Shown piece after piece: positions 40,447 through 48,580 of a stretch of 64,000 nt of DNA. Made by a program: the position numbers and the translations under genes. Each line of letters starts with the position of its first letter. The stretch's first letter is position 1. A model generated the notes under the pieces. That model did not search any database, was not told the DNA's origin, and saw only the letters and a list, made by a program, of their open reading frames with translations. The stretch is from a virus (taxonomy: Duplodnaviria; Caudoviricetes). The stretch lies in IMG/VR virus record IMGVR_UViG_3300020577_006271, positions 98,684 to 162,683 of that record; one strand, written 5' to 3'.

Positions 40447-40543
40447 CTATAACGGACGGGGCTATGAGCAGGTTTGCCTTGCAGAAATGTTCAAGTTACC
40501 GAAAATGTTTTGGCAAACCTGCTCATAGCCCCGTCCGTTATAC
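40447..40543 (+). repeat. attC-like site 2
   Basis: CTATAAC...GTTATAC ends; perfect 31-bp inverted repeat; 69-bp core identical to site 1. Confidence 0.75.
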
Positions 40544-40603
40544 GCTGGCACGGTAAATTCAGTAGAAACTTAAATTGAAACACAAAACAAAATTTTTATT
40601 AAA

Positions 40604-41287
40604 ATGAGCGAGGCAGAATCCGAAACATCCGAAGCCAATAGTCATTTTACTGTACCAATTGGTACATCTTCTGTAGAATTTGATTATAATATTGAATTTC
40701 AGATAAAAAGTGAAGAAGATGCGAAAAAATGTTTTATGTCGTGTAAGGCCGGGAAGGATTTTAATTCGTATGTAAGAAATAACATGAAAAACAATCTAAG
40801 AGACATCTTTAAAAATGTAATGCGTAATTTTAAATCTCCAGAAGCTTTAATTGATTCAACTGGAAAATTTGAAACCTTATGCTTTATTGAAATTGAAAAA
40901 CGTCTTGCTGAAGATGGGATCACTGCGAGCCGAGCAAACCTTATTAACAACTTTCGATGGCCAGCAAACGTAGCAAAAACATTAGAAGAAATTATAACAA
41001 TAAAAGCCAAAACCATGATGGCCGAATCACAAGCCAGGGCAGCCGAGCTAGAATCAAAGGCTAGAATGATACAATCTAAAGCAAACAGTGAAGCGGATAT
41101 CATAGAAGCAGAAGCAAAAAGAAAGATTGCTGAAATTAATGCAGATATCAAGGCAACCGAAATCAAAAAAATCAATTTGTCATTGACGCCACAGTATCTT
41201 AAGATGTTAGAGATTGAAAATTATACTTATAAGACTGAATTAGTGACACCACAAGGTGTCTATCGGATCAGTCAAACAGAAGATTAA
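40604..41287 (+). CDS. SPFH/band-7 domain protein, C-terminal part with a cassette-derived start
   Basis: Prohibitin-like core, AEA-rich coiled coil and SLTPQYL; first residues MSEAE come from the insertion. Confidence 0.7.
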   Translation: MSEAESETSEANSHFTVPIGTSSVEFDYNIEFQIKSEEDAKKCFMSCKAGKDFNSYVRNNMKNNLRDIFKNVMRNFKSPEALIDSTGKFETLCFIEIEKRLAEDGITASRANLINNFRWPANVAKTLEEIITIKAKTMMAESQARAAELESKARMIQSKANSEADIIEAEAKRKIAEINADIKATEIKKINLSLTPQYLKMLEIENYTYKTELVTPQGVYRISQTED

Positions 41288-41295
41288 ACAAAATT

Positions 41296-41329
41296 AATTG
41301 CCATCAGTTGGAATATATTGATGGCAATT
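41296..41329 (+). terminator. Hairpin / probable terminator
   Basis: AATTGCCATCA / TGATGGCAATT. Confidence 0.55.
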
Positions 41330-41349
41330 CTAAACAATTTATATAAACT

Positions 41350-42375
41350 ATGTATTTCTACAAATATCCATCTATAGAAAACTTTCAAAATTTTATTAAA
41401 ACCTATAAAGGGAAACAAACCTTTGTTGGACTTACTGAAGATAAGCAACCAATATTTAAACAAAAAACATTAGATTCGGTTACATTAATTGGAACTATTA
41501 AATTGCATGGTACTAATGCTGGAGTAACTGTATTGCCTGATGGCACAATTTACATTCAGAAACGGTCCGATTCAATGTTATTGGATCCAAAATTAGGACA
41601 TATACATTTTGGATTCATGCAATTTGTTTATGAAAACAAACAGTGGTTTATTGATTTAGCTAATCAAATAGACGATAACCGGAAAGACCCAATTACATTT
41701 TTTGGAGAATGGTGTGGCCCAGGTATTCAAAAAGGTGTTGGTATATCACAAATTGATGTAAAGCGTTTTTTTATTTTTGCTATCCAAATGCAAGGAGAAT
41801 CTCCAAGTTGGCTAGATTTTTCTAATATACCATATAAAAGACCAAACGAACGTATCTGGTTTATAAATATGTTCGGAAAATATACGTTAAATGCTAATTT
41901 TAACGACGCTGTTACACTTTTACAACAATTGGATGCTATAACACTTGCTGTAGAAAATGAATGCCCTGTTGCTAAGGAATTTGGGGTATCGGGCATTGGG
42001 GAAGGCGTGGTTTGGAGTGGTAGAGATTCAGATGGAATGCATATTCAATTTAAACACAAAGGAACTAAGCATCAAAAACCAAAAGGACCAAGATCAAGCA
42101 ATCCTGATGTCAAGATTGGAAATCCGAATATTCAAAAATTTATTGATACCATTGATATCGATAACCGTTTACAACAATGTTACCATGAATTATATGAAAA
42201 TTCAATACCATCACGAAAAGAAACATCCGCCGTATTAAATTGGGTGTATGGAGATATTTGCAAAGAAGAATCTCATTTAATACAAGAATTGAGTCTAGAA
42301 CTTATAAATTTACGGCCAGCATTAATGGAAGTAATTCGAAATAAATTTTTTGATGACATAAATAATTCATTATAA
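41350..42375 (+). CDS. RNA ligase (Rnl2-like)
   Basis: KLHGTN motif I, FGEWCG, F.IF, GEGVVW and FK.KG. Confidence 0.85.
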   Translation: MYFYKYPSIENFQNFIKTYKGKQTFVGLTEDKQPIFKQKTLDSVTLIGTIKLHGTNAGVTVLPDGTIYIQKRSDSMLLDPKLGHIHFGFMQFVYENKQWFIDLANQIDDNRKDPITFFGEWCGPGIQKGVGISQIDVKRFFIFAIQMQGESPSWLDFSNIPYKRPNERIWFINMFGKYTLNANFNDAVTLLQQLDAITLAVENECPVAKEFGVSGIGEGVVWSGRDSDGMHIQFKHKGTKHQKPKGPRSSNPDVKIGNPNIQKFIDTIDIDNRLQQCYHELYENSIPSRKETSAVLNWVYGDICKEESHLIQELSLELINLRPALMEVIRNKFFDDINNSL

Positions 42376-42412
42376 TAGTGTGGTTTTGAAAATTAATAAC
42401 TATATATTAAAT

Positions 42413-42493
42413 ATGAAACATTTTTATCAATTAATATTTACACTATCGACACCGAATTACGATCGACACAAGGGCATTATAATGAAAAGCTAA
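42413..42493 (+). CDS. Putative attenuator leader peptide (26 aa)
   Basis: MKHFYQLIFTLSTPNYDRHKGIIMKS; late-promoter-like motif upstream; overlaps the antiterminator segment. Confidence 0.6.
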   Translation: MKHFYQLIFTLSTPNYDRHKGIIMKS

Positions 42494-42560
42494 TTTGAAT
42501 AATTAATTTTAACTTTTAAATGACCCTTATATAATTAAATTTGTGTAAGGGTTTTTTATT
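42470..42560 (+). terminator. Terminator with competing antiterminator
   Basis: GACCCTTATATA (42522-33) / TGTGTAAGGGTT (42542-53) plus T-run; AAGGGCATT (42470-78) can pair instead with AATGACCCTT (42519-28). Confidence 0.7.
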
Positions 42561-42622
42561 TGTTAATTTTTTGTTAATGGTGTAAAAATATTATAATATT
42601 AAATTTAAATGCTGTATATTTG
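42561..42622 (+). promoter_or_regulatory. TGTTAA-box / TAnnTTTG promoter
   Basis: TGTTAA 42561 and 42572; TATATTTG 42615. Confidence 0.7.
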
Positions 42623-42639
42623 TGACATAATTATTTAAT

Positions 42640-42876
42640 ATGCGTTGGCAGAAGAATTTTAAACAATGGTTAAATCAAAAAGTTGATATAACAATAAAGG
42701 ACCAAACATATAAAGGACGAATTTTAAAATTTGTTGGAATTAATACTTTCAAACATAAGGTAATAATTACCGGAGGACAATGTATATTTTATGTTGACAA
42801 CTGGAATGAGTTAAACATTGTTCCATTTGTAGATGAACGAATTTTTAAAGATCAAATATTTTCAGAAGAAGAATGA
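42640..42876 (+). CDS. Hypothetical protein
   Basis: 78 aa ORF after the promoter. Confidence 0.5.
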   Translation: MRWQKNFKQWLNQKVDITIKDQTYKGRILKFVGINTFKHKVIITGGQCIFYVDNWNELNIVPFVDERIFKDQIFSEEE

Positions 42877-42942
42877 TTTAAAAATTTTTAAGAAAGGGTT
42901 GAACCGAAAGTTGAAAATATTTTGAAAATAAATCCAGAAAAG

Positions 42943-42974
42943 TTTGGTAGACTGAAAAATAAGTCGTATATTTG
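42943..42974 (+). promoter_or_regulatory. Canonical Bacteroidota sigma70-type promoter
   Basis: TTTG-N20-TATATTTG. Confidence 0.7.
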
Positions 42975-43303
42975 TATTGTAATTAAAAAATAAATGTTAT
43001 GAGTACTAAAAAGAAAGGAATTTTGTGTTCCTGTAAGGAATGGGCAAAACACTTAAGAAACAAAAAGCCATTTTGGTCTTCACACAGTCAACCGCAATAT
43101 TAATTCAACCGTTTTAGGTTACATTGCAGGAGTAAACGGGTATTGAGCTGCCGTAAACCAAGCAATTATCGGACCTAAAATAGGACGTGTAGATCCAATC
43201 ATGAAGGTGGTTGTGAAGCGTTATAACAATTTGCAATTATTAATATCTTAAATGATAGTTGCTACCTTTAATATAAATGTTCTTTGAAATGCTGGAATGA
43301 AAT

Positions 43304-43385
43304 GCCGAAGTAACCGAGCTCGTCTTCGAAACGAGTATTTCCGTAATTGGAGTTGCAAATGTAGGTTCGAATCCTACCTTCGGTG
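43304..43385 (+). tRNA. Non-canonical tRNA-Arg(UCG), D-armless with long variable arm
   Basis: Acceptor GCCGAAG/CTTCGGT; anticodon arm CTCGT-CTTCGAA-ACGAG; T-arm GTAGG-TTCGAAT-CCTAC. Confidence 0.55.
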
Positions 43386-43393
43386 CTAAATAT

Positions 43394-43477
43394 TACCAAG
43401 TGGTGAAACTGGGAGACACTCCGGTCGTGGGACTGGATCATTAAGTTGAGTATAGGTTCGAATCCTACCTAGGTTAA
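43394..43477 (+). pseudogene. Degenerate tRNA
   Basis: D-arm GTG..CAC and T-arm GGTTCGAATCC present; acceptor and anticodon arms imperfect. Confidence 0.4.
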
Positions 43478-43571
43478 GAAAAATGACTTTAAGTAAAATA
43501 TATCGAAGTGATCATACGAATATTTGAAAGATGCTAACGGTTCAAATCCCCTATTGCCCACTATTTTTTAA

Positions 43572-43646
43572 CTCGGCGTAGGCTCCTTGGTGGAGAACTT
43601 GTCTGTCACACAAGTAAAATTGACGGATCGTAACCGTTCGTCGGGG
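43572..43646 (+). tRNA. tRNA-Asp(GUC)
   Basis: CTCGGCG/CGTCGGG acceptor; CTTGT-CTGTCAC-ACAAG. Confidence 0.8.
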
Positions 43647-43729
43647 CTAATGTTTATAACTGGTAAATGTGTGTTCGAAATGTTCGATATTAATTCGAAT
43701 GTTACTATTTATTATAAAGGTTGTAAATT

Positions 43730-44349
43730 TTGTTTTATTATGTATATAAAATTACAAATCTTGTCAATAATAAATTTTATATTGGAATGCACCAAACCCA
43801 AAATCTAGATGATGGTTACATGGGTTCTAGTAAAAAATTAAAATTTGATATTGAACTATTTGGTCTGGACAAATTTAAAAAAGAAATACTTTTTAATTTT
43901 GACAATTTCGAAGATATGCGTTTGTGTGAAAAGCGAATTGTTAATGCCGAATTTGTTGACCGAATTGATACTTACAACTTAAATGTTGGTGGTGGAATGG
44001 CATACCATTATATTAATAAACATAAACTGAATAATATCTGCGGACAATGTTATATTGTAAGCCGGAAATTAAAAGCATGTCCAATATATAGAAAATGGTA
44101 TTCTGACCAAGTTAAAGCAGGATTAAAAAAAGTTAATTTTCAACATAATACATTTTCAAATAAAACACATTCAGAAGAAACAAAAATGAAAATGTCATTA
44201 AACGCAAAACTGACAAATAAATCAAAGGGTGAAAAAATTCACAATTTGGCACGATGTGGATAACTAACGGTAAAGAAACCAAGAAAATAAAAAATACTGA
44301 CCTTATACCTGATGGGTATAAAAAGGGTAGAAAATATATTGCGGGATAG
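43730..44349 (+). pseudogene. GIY-YIG homing endonuclease, frameshifted near the C-terminus
   Basis: YVYKITN..N.KFYIG.H...Y.GS; the NUMOD3-like tail continues in another frame (NSQFGTMWITNG) after the A-run at ~44232. Confidence 0.75.
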
Positions 44350-44412
44350 TGTAGAGGAGACACGTGGGGCTCATAACCCCAAGGACACGGGATCGTCGGC
44401 CCGTTCCCGCTA
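44340..44412 (+). tRNA. Initiator tRNA-fMet(CAU)
   Basis: TGGGG-CTCATAA-CCCCA anticodon arm; unpaired 1:72. Confidence 0.8.
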
Positions 44413-44438
44413 CTTTTTATTTTTAATTACAACATTTC

Positions 44439-44690
44439 AGGACTAGGTTGATTCGTAGTCTTGAGATCTATTCCGGAAGATTGTTGGTGGTATATCGGCG
44501 CTAACAACCATTTAAATGCGTTAAAACTTCGAATAACACGCAACTGATATTTTAAGTTACTTAAATCGACGACCCTAAGCTATGCTGCAGCATGCCGCCA
44601 ACGGGTGTGTTTAAATATCGTACAATTAGTAACTTTATTTGGAAAGTTTGCAGATTGTGTTTAAAAACCAAAATGGTTCTTTCCTTTTTA
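44439..44690 (+). ncRNA. tmRNA-like remnant
   Basis: GATTCG near the 5' end, PK1-like segment, AATAAC-N-GCA resume-like site; SYAAA one frame off; no 3' T-arm. Confidence 0.3.
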
Positions 44691-44694
44691 ATAT

Positions 44695-44765
44695 CGAGAT
44701 GTAGCTTAATGTAGAGCACGCGGTCTGGGGCCGTGTAGGTAACCGTTCAAGTCGGTTTATCTCGA
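44695..44765 (+). tRNA. tRNA-Pro(UGG)
   Basis: CGAGATG/TATCTCG; CGCGG-TCTGGGG-CCGTG. Confidence 0.75.
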
Positions 44766-44812
44766 CTTTATTTTATTAAGGACAAAAATACTATTTATGT
44801 GTAAATATACAT

Positions 44813-45236
44813 ATGAAAATTTGTCCTAAATGTAGTGAATTTCACAATAACAATGGTAGATTCTGTTCTAGACGTTGTGCCAATGACAGATCCGGAGTTG
44901 AACTAAAAACAAAATCAATACTTTGTCAATGTGGTAATACTTTTTTTTGGAAAAAAGAATGTAGCCAAATCAAAATGCGATAAATGTAAATATCCAGAAC
45001 GATTTTGCAAAAAATGTAATATAAAATTTACCGCTACGAAAGGTTTAATGTATTACTGTTCATTTACATGCAGGAATAGCCGAACATTCACACAAGAAAG
45101 TAAAAATAAAAAATCACAAGCAAATAAATTATTTAACAAGTTATACCCAGAGAATAGAATCAAACATTCCGAACGCTTAAAAAAAACTGGAGCACCAAAT
45201 AAATTTATTGCTCCTACAAGAAATAATAGAACTTAA
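44813..45236 (+). pseudogene. Zinc-finger N-terminus of an HNH-type endonuclease, frameshifted and truncated
   Basis: MKICPKC...FCSRRCAN; frameshift in the T-run at ~44940; cut by the R-M insertion. Confidence 0.6.
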
Positions 45237-45848
45237 AAATGCAAACCAATGATTAAGGATTTCGAAGATTGTATCGACTCAGTTCGCATACCTGCAAAGA
45301 TAAACAAGAAAGATTTTCTTGTAGAAGGTACATTTCCTATCATCTCACAGGAAGAAGATTTTATAAATGGTTATTGGAACAACGAAAGTGACGTAATTAG
45401 AATTCAAAAACCCGTTGTCGTTTTTGGTGACCATACGAAAATATTTAAATACATAGATTTTGATTTTGTTCAAGGTGCTGATGGTGTAAAGGTATTGTCA
45501 CCTAAAGATTTTTTATTGCCAAAATATTTTTATTACCAGTTGCTTTCATTGCCACTTGAAAGTCTTGGTTATGCAAGGCACTATAAAATGCTAAAGGAAC
45601 AAAAAATTTATGTCCCAAATAAAGAAACTCAAATAATTATCATTGAGCAATTGGATAGAATATTTGAAAGGATTAAAACTGCTAAGGAGAACATAGAAAA
45701 GCAAGAATTATTAATTAATGAGTTTGAAACCTCTATATTGATAAATTCATTTAAACCTGAAACAGTGTGATTTTTAACATAAATCATTTAGATGAACGAA
45801 ACCGAAACAAGAGCAGAATATATTGACCCTGCATTAAAAGCAGCAGGA
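45211..45848 (+). mobile_element. Captured fragment of a type I R-M operon (probable hsdM end, hsdS, hsdR start)
   Basis: LLQEIIELKNANQ* overlaps the hsdS ATG; MNETETRAEYIDPALKAAG at 45792-45848. Confidence 0.7.
45249..45770 (+). CDS. hsdS: Half-size type I R-M specificity subunit (single TRD)
   Basis: FGDHT..FKY.DF.F..GADG.K.L...GY.RH plus conserved P...Q..I helix. Confidence 0.8.
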   Translation: MIKDFEDCIDSVRIPAKINKKDFLVEGTFPIISQEEDFINGYWNNESDVIRIQKPVVVFGDHTKIFKYIDFDFVQGADGVKVLSPKDFLLPKYFYYQLLSLPLESLGYARHYKMLKEQKIYVPNKETQIIIIEQLDRIFERIKTAKENIEKQELLINEFETSILINSFKPETV

Positions 45849-45908
45849 GAAAGTTTGGTGCAAATCCAAACCAAACGGCGAGTAGGTTTATAAATTCTCC
45901 TTCTCCAC

Positions 45909-46063
45909 GCGGTATTGGTGAAATCGGTTAGACACCTTAAAGTTTGAATCGTTTAATAATTGTATAATAAAAACGACGATACTTCTTGTAAGGAATTTTA
46001 ATAAAATGGTTTAGCGGCCAATAATAAAATAAATTCTTGCAGGTTCGAATCCTGCATATCATT
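45909..46063 (+). other. tRNA-like element with ~70-80 nt internal insertion
   Basis: Leu/Ser-type D-arm at the 5' end; GCAGG-TTCGAAT-CCTGC and acceptor strand at the 3' end. Confidence 0.4.
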
Positions 46064-46429
46064 CTAAAAGAATTACAGAATATGAGTTACAAAGAAGAAT
46101 TTTATAATAAAGTTGGTAAGTTTAATATAGATGAGCTTAAATTGTTTTTTGAAAAAGAAAAATATACCTTTGTTGATTTTAGAAACGAATACCAAAGTTG
46201 GAAATCTGAAGAAGAACAGTATAAAAAAAGATTGAATAATTTAGATAAAATAAAACAATAATAAAACACATTATGAATTTAGAAGAATTAGCCGAAATCA
46301 AGCTTGGCAAAAATACCTGAATTATATTATATTGAATATGATGGTTGTCCAGTTATGTTATCTTCTGGTAAGACAGCTTGGCATGCCATCAGACATGCTA
46401 AGGCAGCATTAAATAATGAATTTGGCTAT

Positions 46430-46501
46430 GGGTCTTTAGTGAAATTGGCATCACGTCTGATTGTTAATCAGTTATTATGGGATCGTACCCCGTAGGACCC
46501 T
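46430..46501 (+). tRNA. tRNA-Asn(GUU)
   Basis: GGGTCTT/AGGACCC; CTGA-TTGTTAA-TCAG. Confidence 0.75.
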
Positions 46502-46620
46502 CAAATGTTCATTTGCTTTTTCTAAAAGACAGCCTTGCCTTACTTGCTAAAGGGTGTAGGGGATATAGAATTAAATTGTATGCAGCAAGGTACCGCGATG
46601 GATTTGGACATTTTTAATTT

Positions 46621-46694
46621 GCTTCATATGCTGATACGGTGCAGCGCCGCTCTTGTAAAGCGGAATAGAGAGTTTTCGAGTAACTCATGAAGCT
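46621..46694 (+). tRNA. tRNA-Thr(UGU)
   Basis: GCTTCAT/ATGAAGC; CCGCT-CTTGTAA-AGCGG. Confidence 0.75.
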
Positions 46695-46702
46695 CGAAAG
46701 AC

Positions 46703-46777
46703 GGGCGAGTAGCTCAATAGGTAGAGTGGCCGACAAGGTGTTCGGCAGGATGACGGTTCGAATCCTTCCTGGTCCGT
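46703..46777 (+). pseudogene. tRNA of undetermined identity (8-nt anticodon loop)
   Basis: Canonical TAGCTCAATAGGTAGAG D-arm and GGTTCGAATCC; loop CAAGGTGT. Confidence 0.45.
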
Positions 46778-46813
46778 CTTTAATTAGCCGCTTAGTGTAA
46801 TGGCTCAGCATAA

Positions 46814-47227
46814 ATGTGTTACATACCATCAGCAAATGTAAAGTTTTCATATGATAAGATTTACAAACAGATAATTGAGTTTAGAAAAGAAAATCCATTA
46901 GATAAAGATCAATACGGAGAAAATCATCACATTATTCCACGTTCACTTGGAGGTCCAGATGATAAAAATAATTTAGTAAGATTGAGTGCAAGAGAACATT
47001 TTATTTGCCATATGTTACTTGCTGAAATGTATCCCAAAGAAACGTTCGAGTGGTATAAAATGAATCATGCTTTTATGCAAATGAAAGCCACAAGTTGCGG
47101 AAGACCAAGATACATGAACAATCGTTACTATGATTTGAAACGAAAGGATTTTTGCAGGTCAATGAAGCAAAGTAGCAACGAAGGCAGTTTATGCATCTGT
47201 AGCTCAATTGGTAGAGCGCCTGGTTGA
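46814..47227 (+). pseudogene. Truncated HNH homing endonuclease (paralog of 36888-37592)
   Basis: YGENHHIIPRSLGG...NLVRLSAREHFICHMLL; both ends fused to tRNA fragments. Confidence 0.7.
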
Positions 47228-47263
47228 AGCTGGGATGCGGGATCTCGGAATTCTCCATTACCA
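47193..47263 (+). pseudogene. Chimeric tRNA-Phe(GAA)-like
   Basis: Intact 5' half with TTGAAGC loop; non-matching 3' end. Confidence 0.4.
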
Positions 47264-47273
47264 CTTTTATAAT

Positions 47274-47345
47274 GCGATGTAAGAATTGATGCATATTCGC
47301 CAGTCTTCCAAACTGGAGTACTCGGATGGTTACCGGGATATCGCT
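47274..47345 (+). tRNA. tRNA-Gly(UCC)
   Basis: GCGATGT/ATATCGC; CCAGT-CTTCCAA-ACTGG. Confidence 0.75.
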
Positions 47346-47359
47346 CTAAAATTAATTCG

Positions 47360-47683
47360 ATGAACAGAATACCACCAGTAGATGAATTTTTTATGGAATA
47401 TTTGGGTGTAGATTGTGATTTTATGGAATCCATGAGAAACCAGTTAGATAAATGTTCAGGATTTGATTTTGGTACTATAACTGATACCATGTTAGAATTT
47501 ACCAAACTTCACGTTGAAGCTGCATTAAAGGAAGCGAGTGAAAAGGCCTACGCCCAGGGAATTGGAAGTAGTTTGACGACCAAAGATAGTTGTTTCAAAT
47601 GGACATTTGCCGGATCTATAGGTGATATAGAAATAAATAAAGCTTCAATTTTAAATTCTTATCCCTTAGCTAATATATGTTAA
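47360..47683 (+). CDS. Hypothetical protein
   Basis: 107 aa; EF.KLHVEAALKEASEKA...SILNSYPL.NI pattern. Confidence 0.6.
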   Translation: MNRIPPVDEFFMEYLGVDCDFMESMRNQLDKCSGFDFGTITDTMLEFTKLHVEAALKEASEKAYAQGIGSSLTTKDSCFKWTFAGSIGDIEINKASILNSYPLANIC

Positions 47684-47699
47684 ATTTTGATTTTTACCT

Positions 47700-47995
47700 T
47701 AGGTAGGGAACTTGCAAAGGATTTGCCGTTGGACCCGATAATAATCTCCTGTTTAAGAAGTCTACTATATCGTGTACATAAAGATACTAACAGAATGTTA
47801 GATAGGTTGAAGAAAGGATATTTGACATTCTAAATAAGTTCCAAGCAAGTGGGTTATAGTAGTCGTCAAGGTAATTCTTGCTTCAAGATAACTTGTACCC
47901 ACACGACCCTACTCTTGCTGAATATTAAGATTGATGGCCTACATTTATTGTAAAAACCTAGAGTTCTTTTTATTCAGTAAGAAAGAGGGTGCTAA
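47700..47995 (+). ncRNA. Candidate structured ncRNA
   Basis: ORF-free; nested helices 47707-13/47836-42, 47792-803/47820-31 and 47913-24/47971-82. Confidence 0.4.
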
Positions 47996-48024
47996 AATTA
48001 TAAATTTTCAGGATCGGTGGGTAT

Positions 48025-48086
48025 AGTTAATTTTTTGTTAAAGTCATTTTTAATTACTGAACTTTCAATTATTTGTTGTACATTTG
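48025..48086 (+). promoter_or_regulatory. TGTTAA-box / TAnnTTTG promoter
   Basis: AGTTAA 48025, TGTTAA 48036, TACATTTG 48079. Confidence 0.7.
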
Positions 48087-48241
48087 TTGAGTAATTAAAA
48101 ACAAAAGAAAAATGATAAATCCACAATTTTTAATCAGTGTAGATAAGGATACTAAAATATATCCTAATAAGAAAGGAAAGATACGATGAAAGTATTACTT
48201 AGAATAGAAAAGGCTTTAACCGAAGTAGAAAATAAAATATC

Positions 48242-48580
48242 ATGAAGTTAACCAATATTCAAAGAAAAGTCTTCATTAAATCAATGATTGCTACTTCAGA
48301 TAAATGGGCGCTTAGAGCCTTGCAAGTTGTTTATGATAACCAAACTTCTGAAGAGCAAGTTAGAAGAACAACTGAAGACCAAAATGGCATTGGATTTACT
48401 CAGGCAGATGCAAGATTAATGGCAGTATTTGCACAATTATTGAAGACCAAAGCTTTGACTGAGAATCAAATCACTCAGGTAAAATTGAAAATGCCTAAAT
48501 ACTGGAAGCAGATACTTCAAGCGTCAAATGTCATTAAACTAGATAATTTAATCATTCAAACAAAATTGAAAACAGCATGA
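48242..48580 (+). CDS. Conserved-looking phage hypothetical protein
   Basis: RAL..VY..QT.EEQ....T...NG.GF...DA...KY.KQ pattern. Confidence 0.65.
   Translation: MKLTNIQRKVFIKSMIATSDKWALRALQVVYDNQTSEEQVRRTTEDQNGIGFTQADARLMAVFAQLLKTKALTENQITQVKLKMPKYWKQILQASNVIKLDNLIIQTKLKTA

Larger units (their letters stand above)
39825..40624 (+). mobile_element. Inserted fragment of an integron-like cassette array
   Basis: Two attC-like hairpins flanking one complete gene; TCCGAA at both junctions (39819-24, 40619-24). Confidence 0.7.

Noticed and set aside
39851-40543. CRISPR array
   Set aside because: Repeats are ~95 bp hairpins separated by a whole gene, not 25-45 bp repeats with short spacers; no cas operon (29914 is a stand-alone PD-(D/E)XK nuclease).
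39591-41287. Diversity-generating retroelement or retron explaining the duplicated 69-bp core
   Set aside because: No reverse transcriptase in the window, and the copies show no adenine-specific differences.
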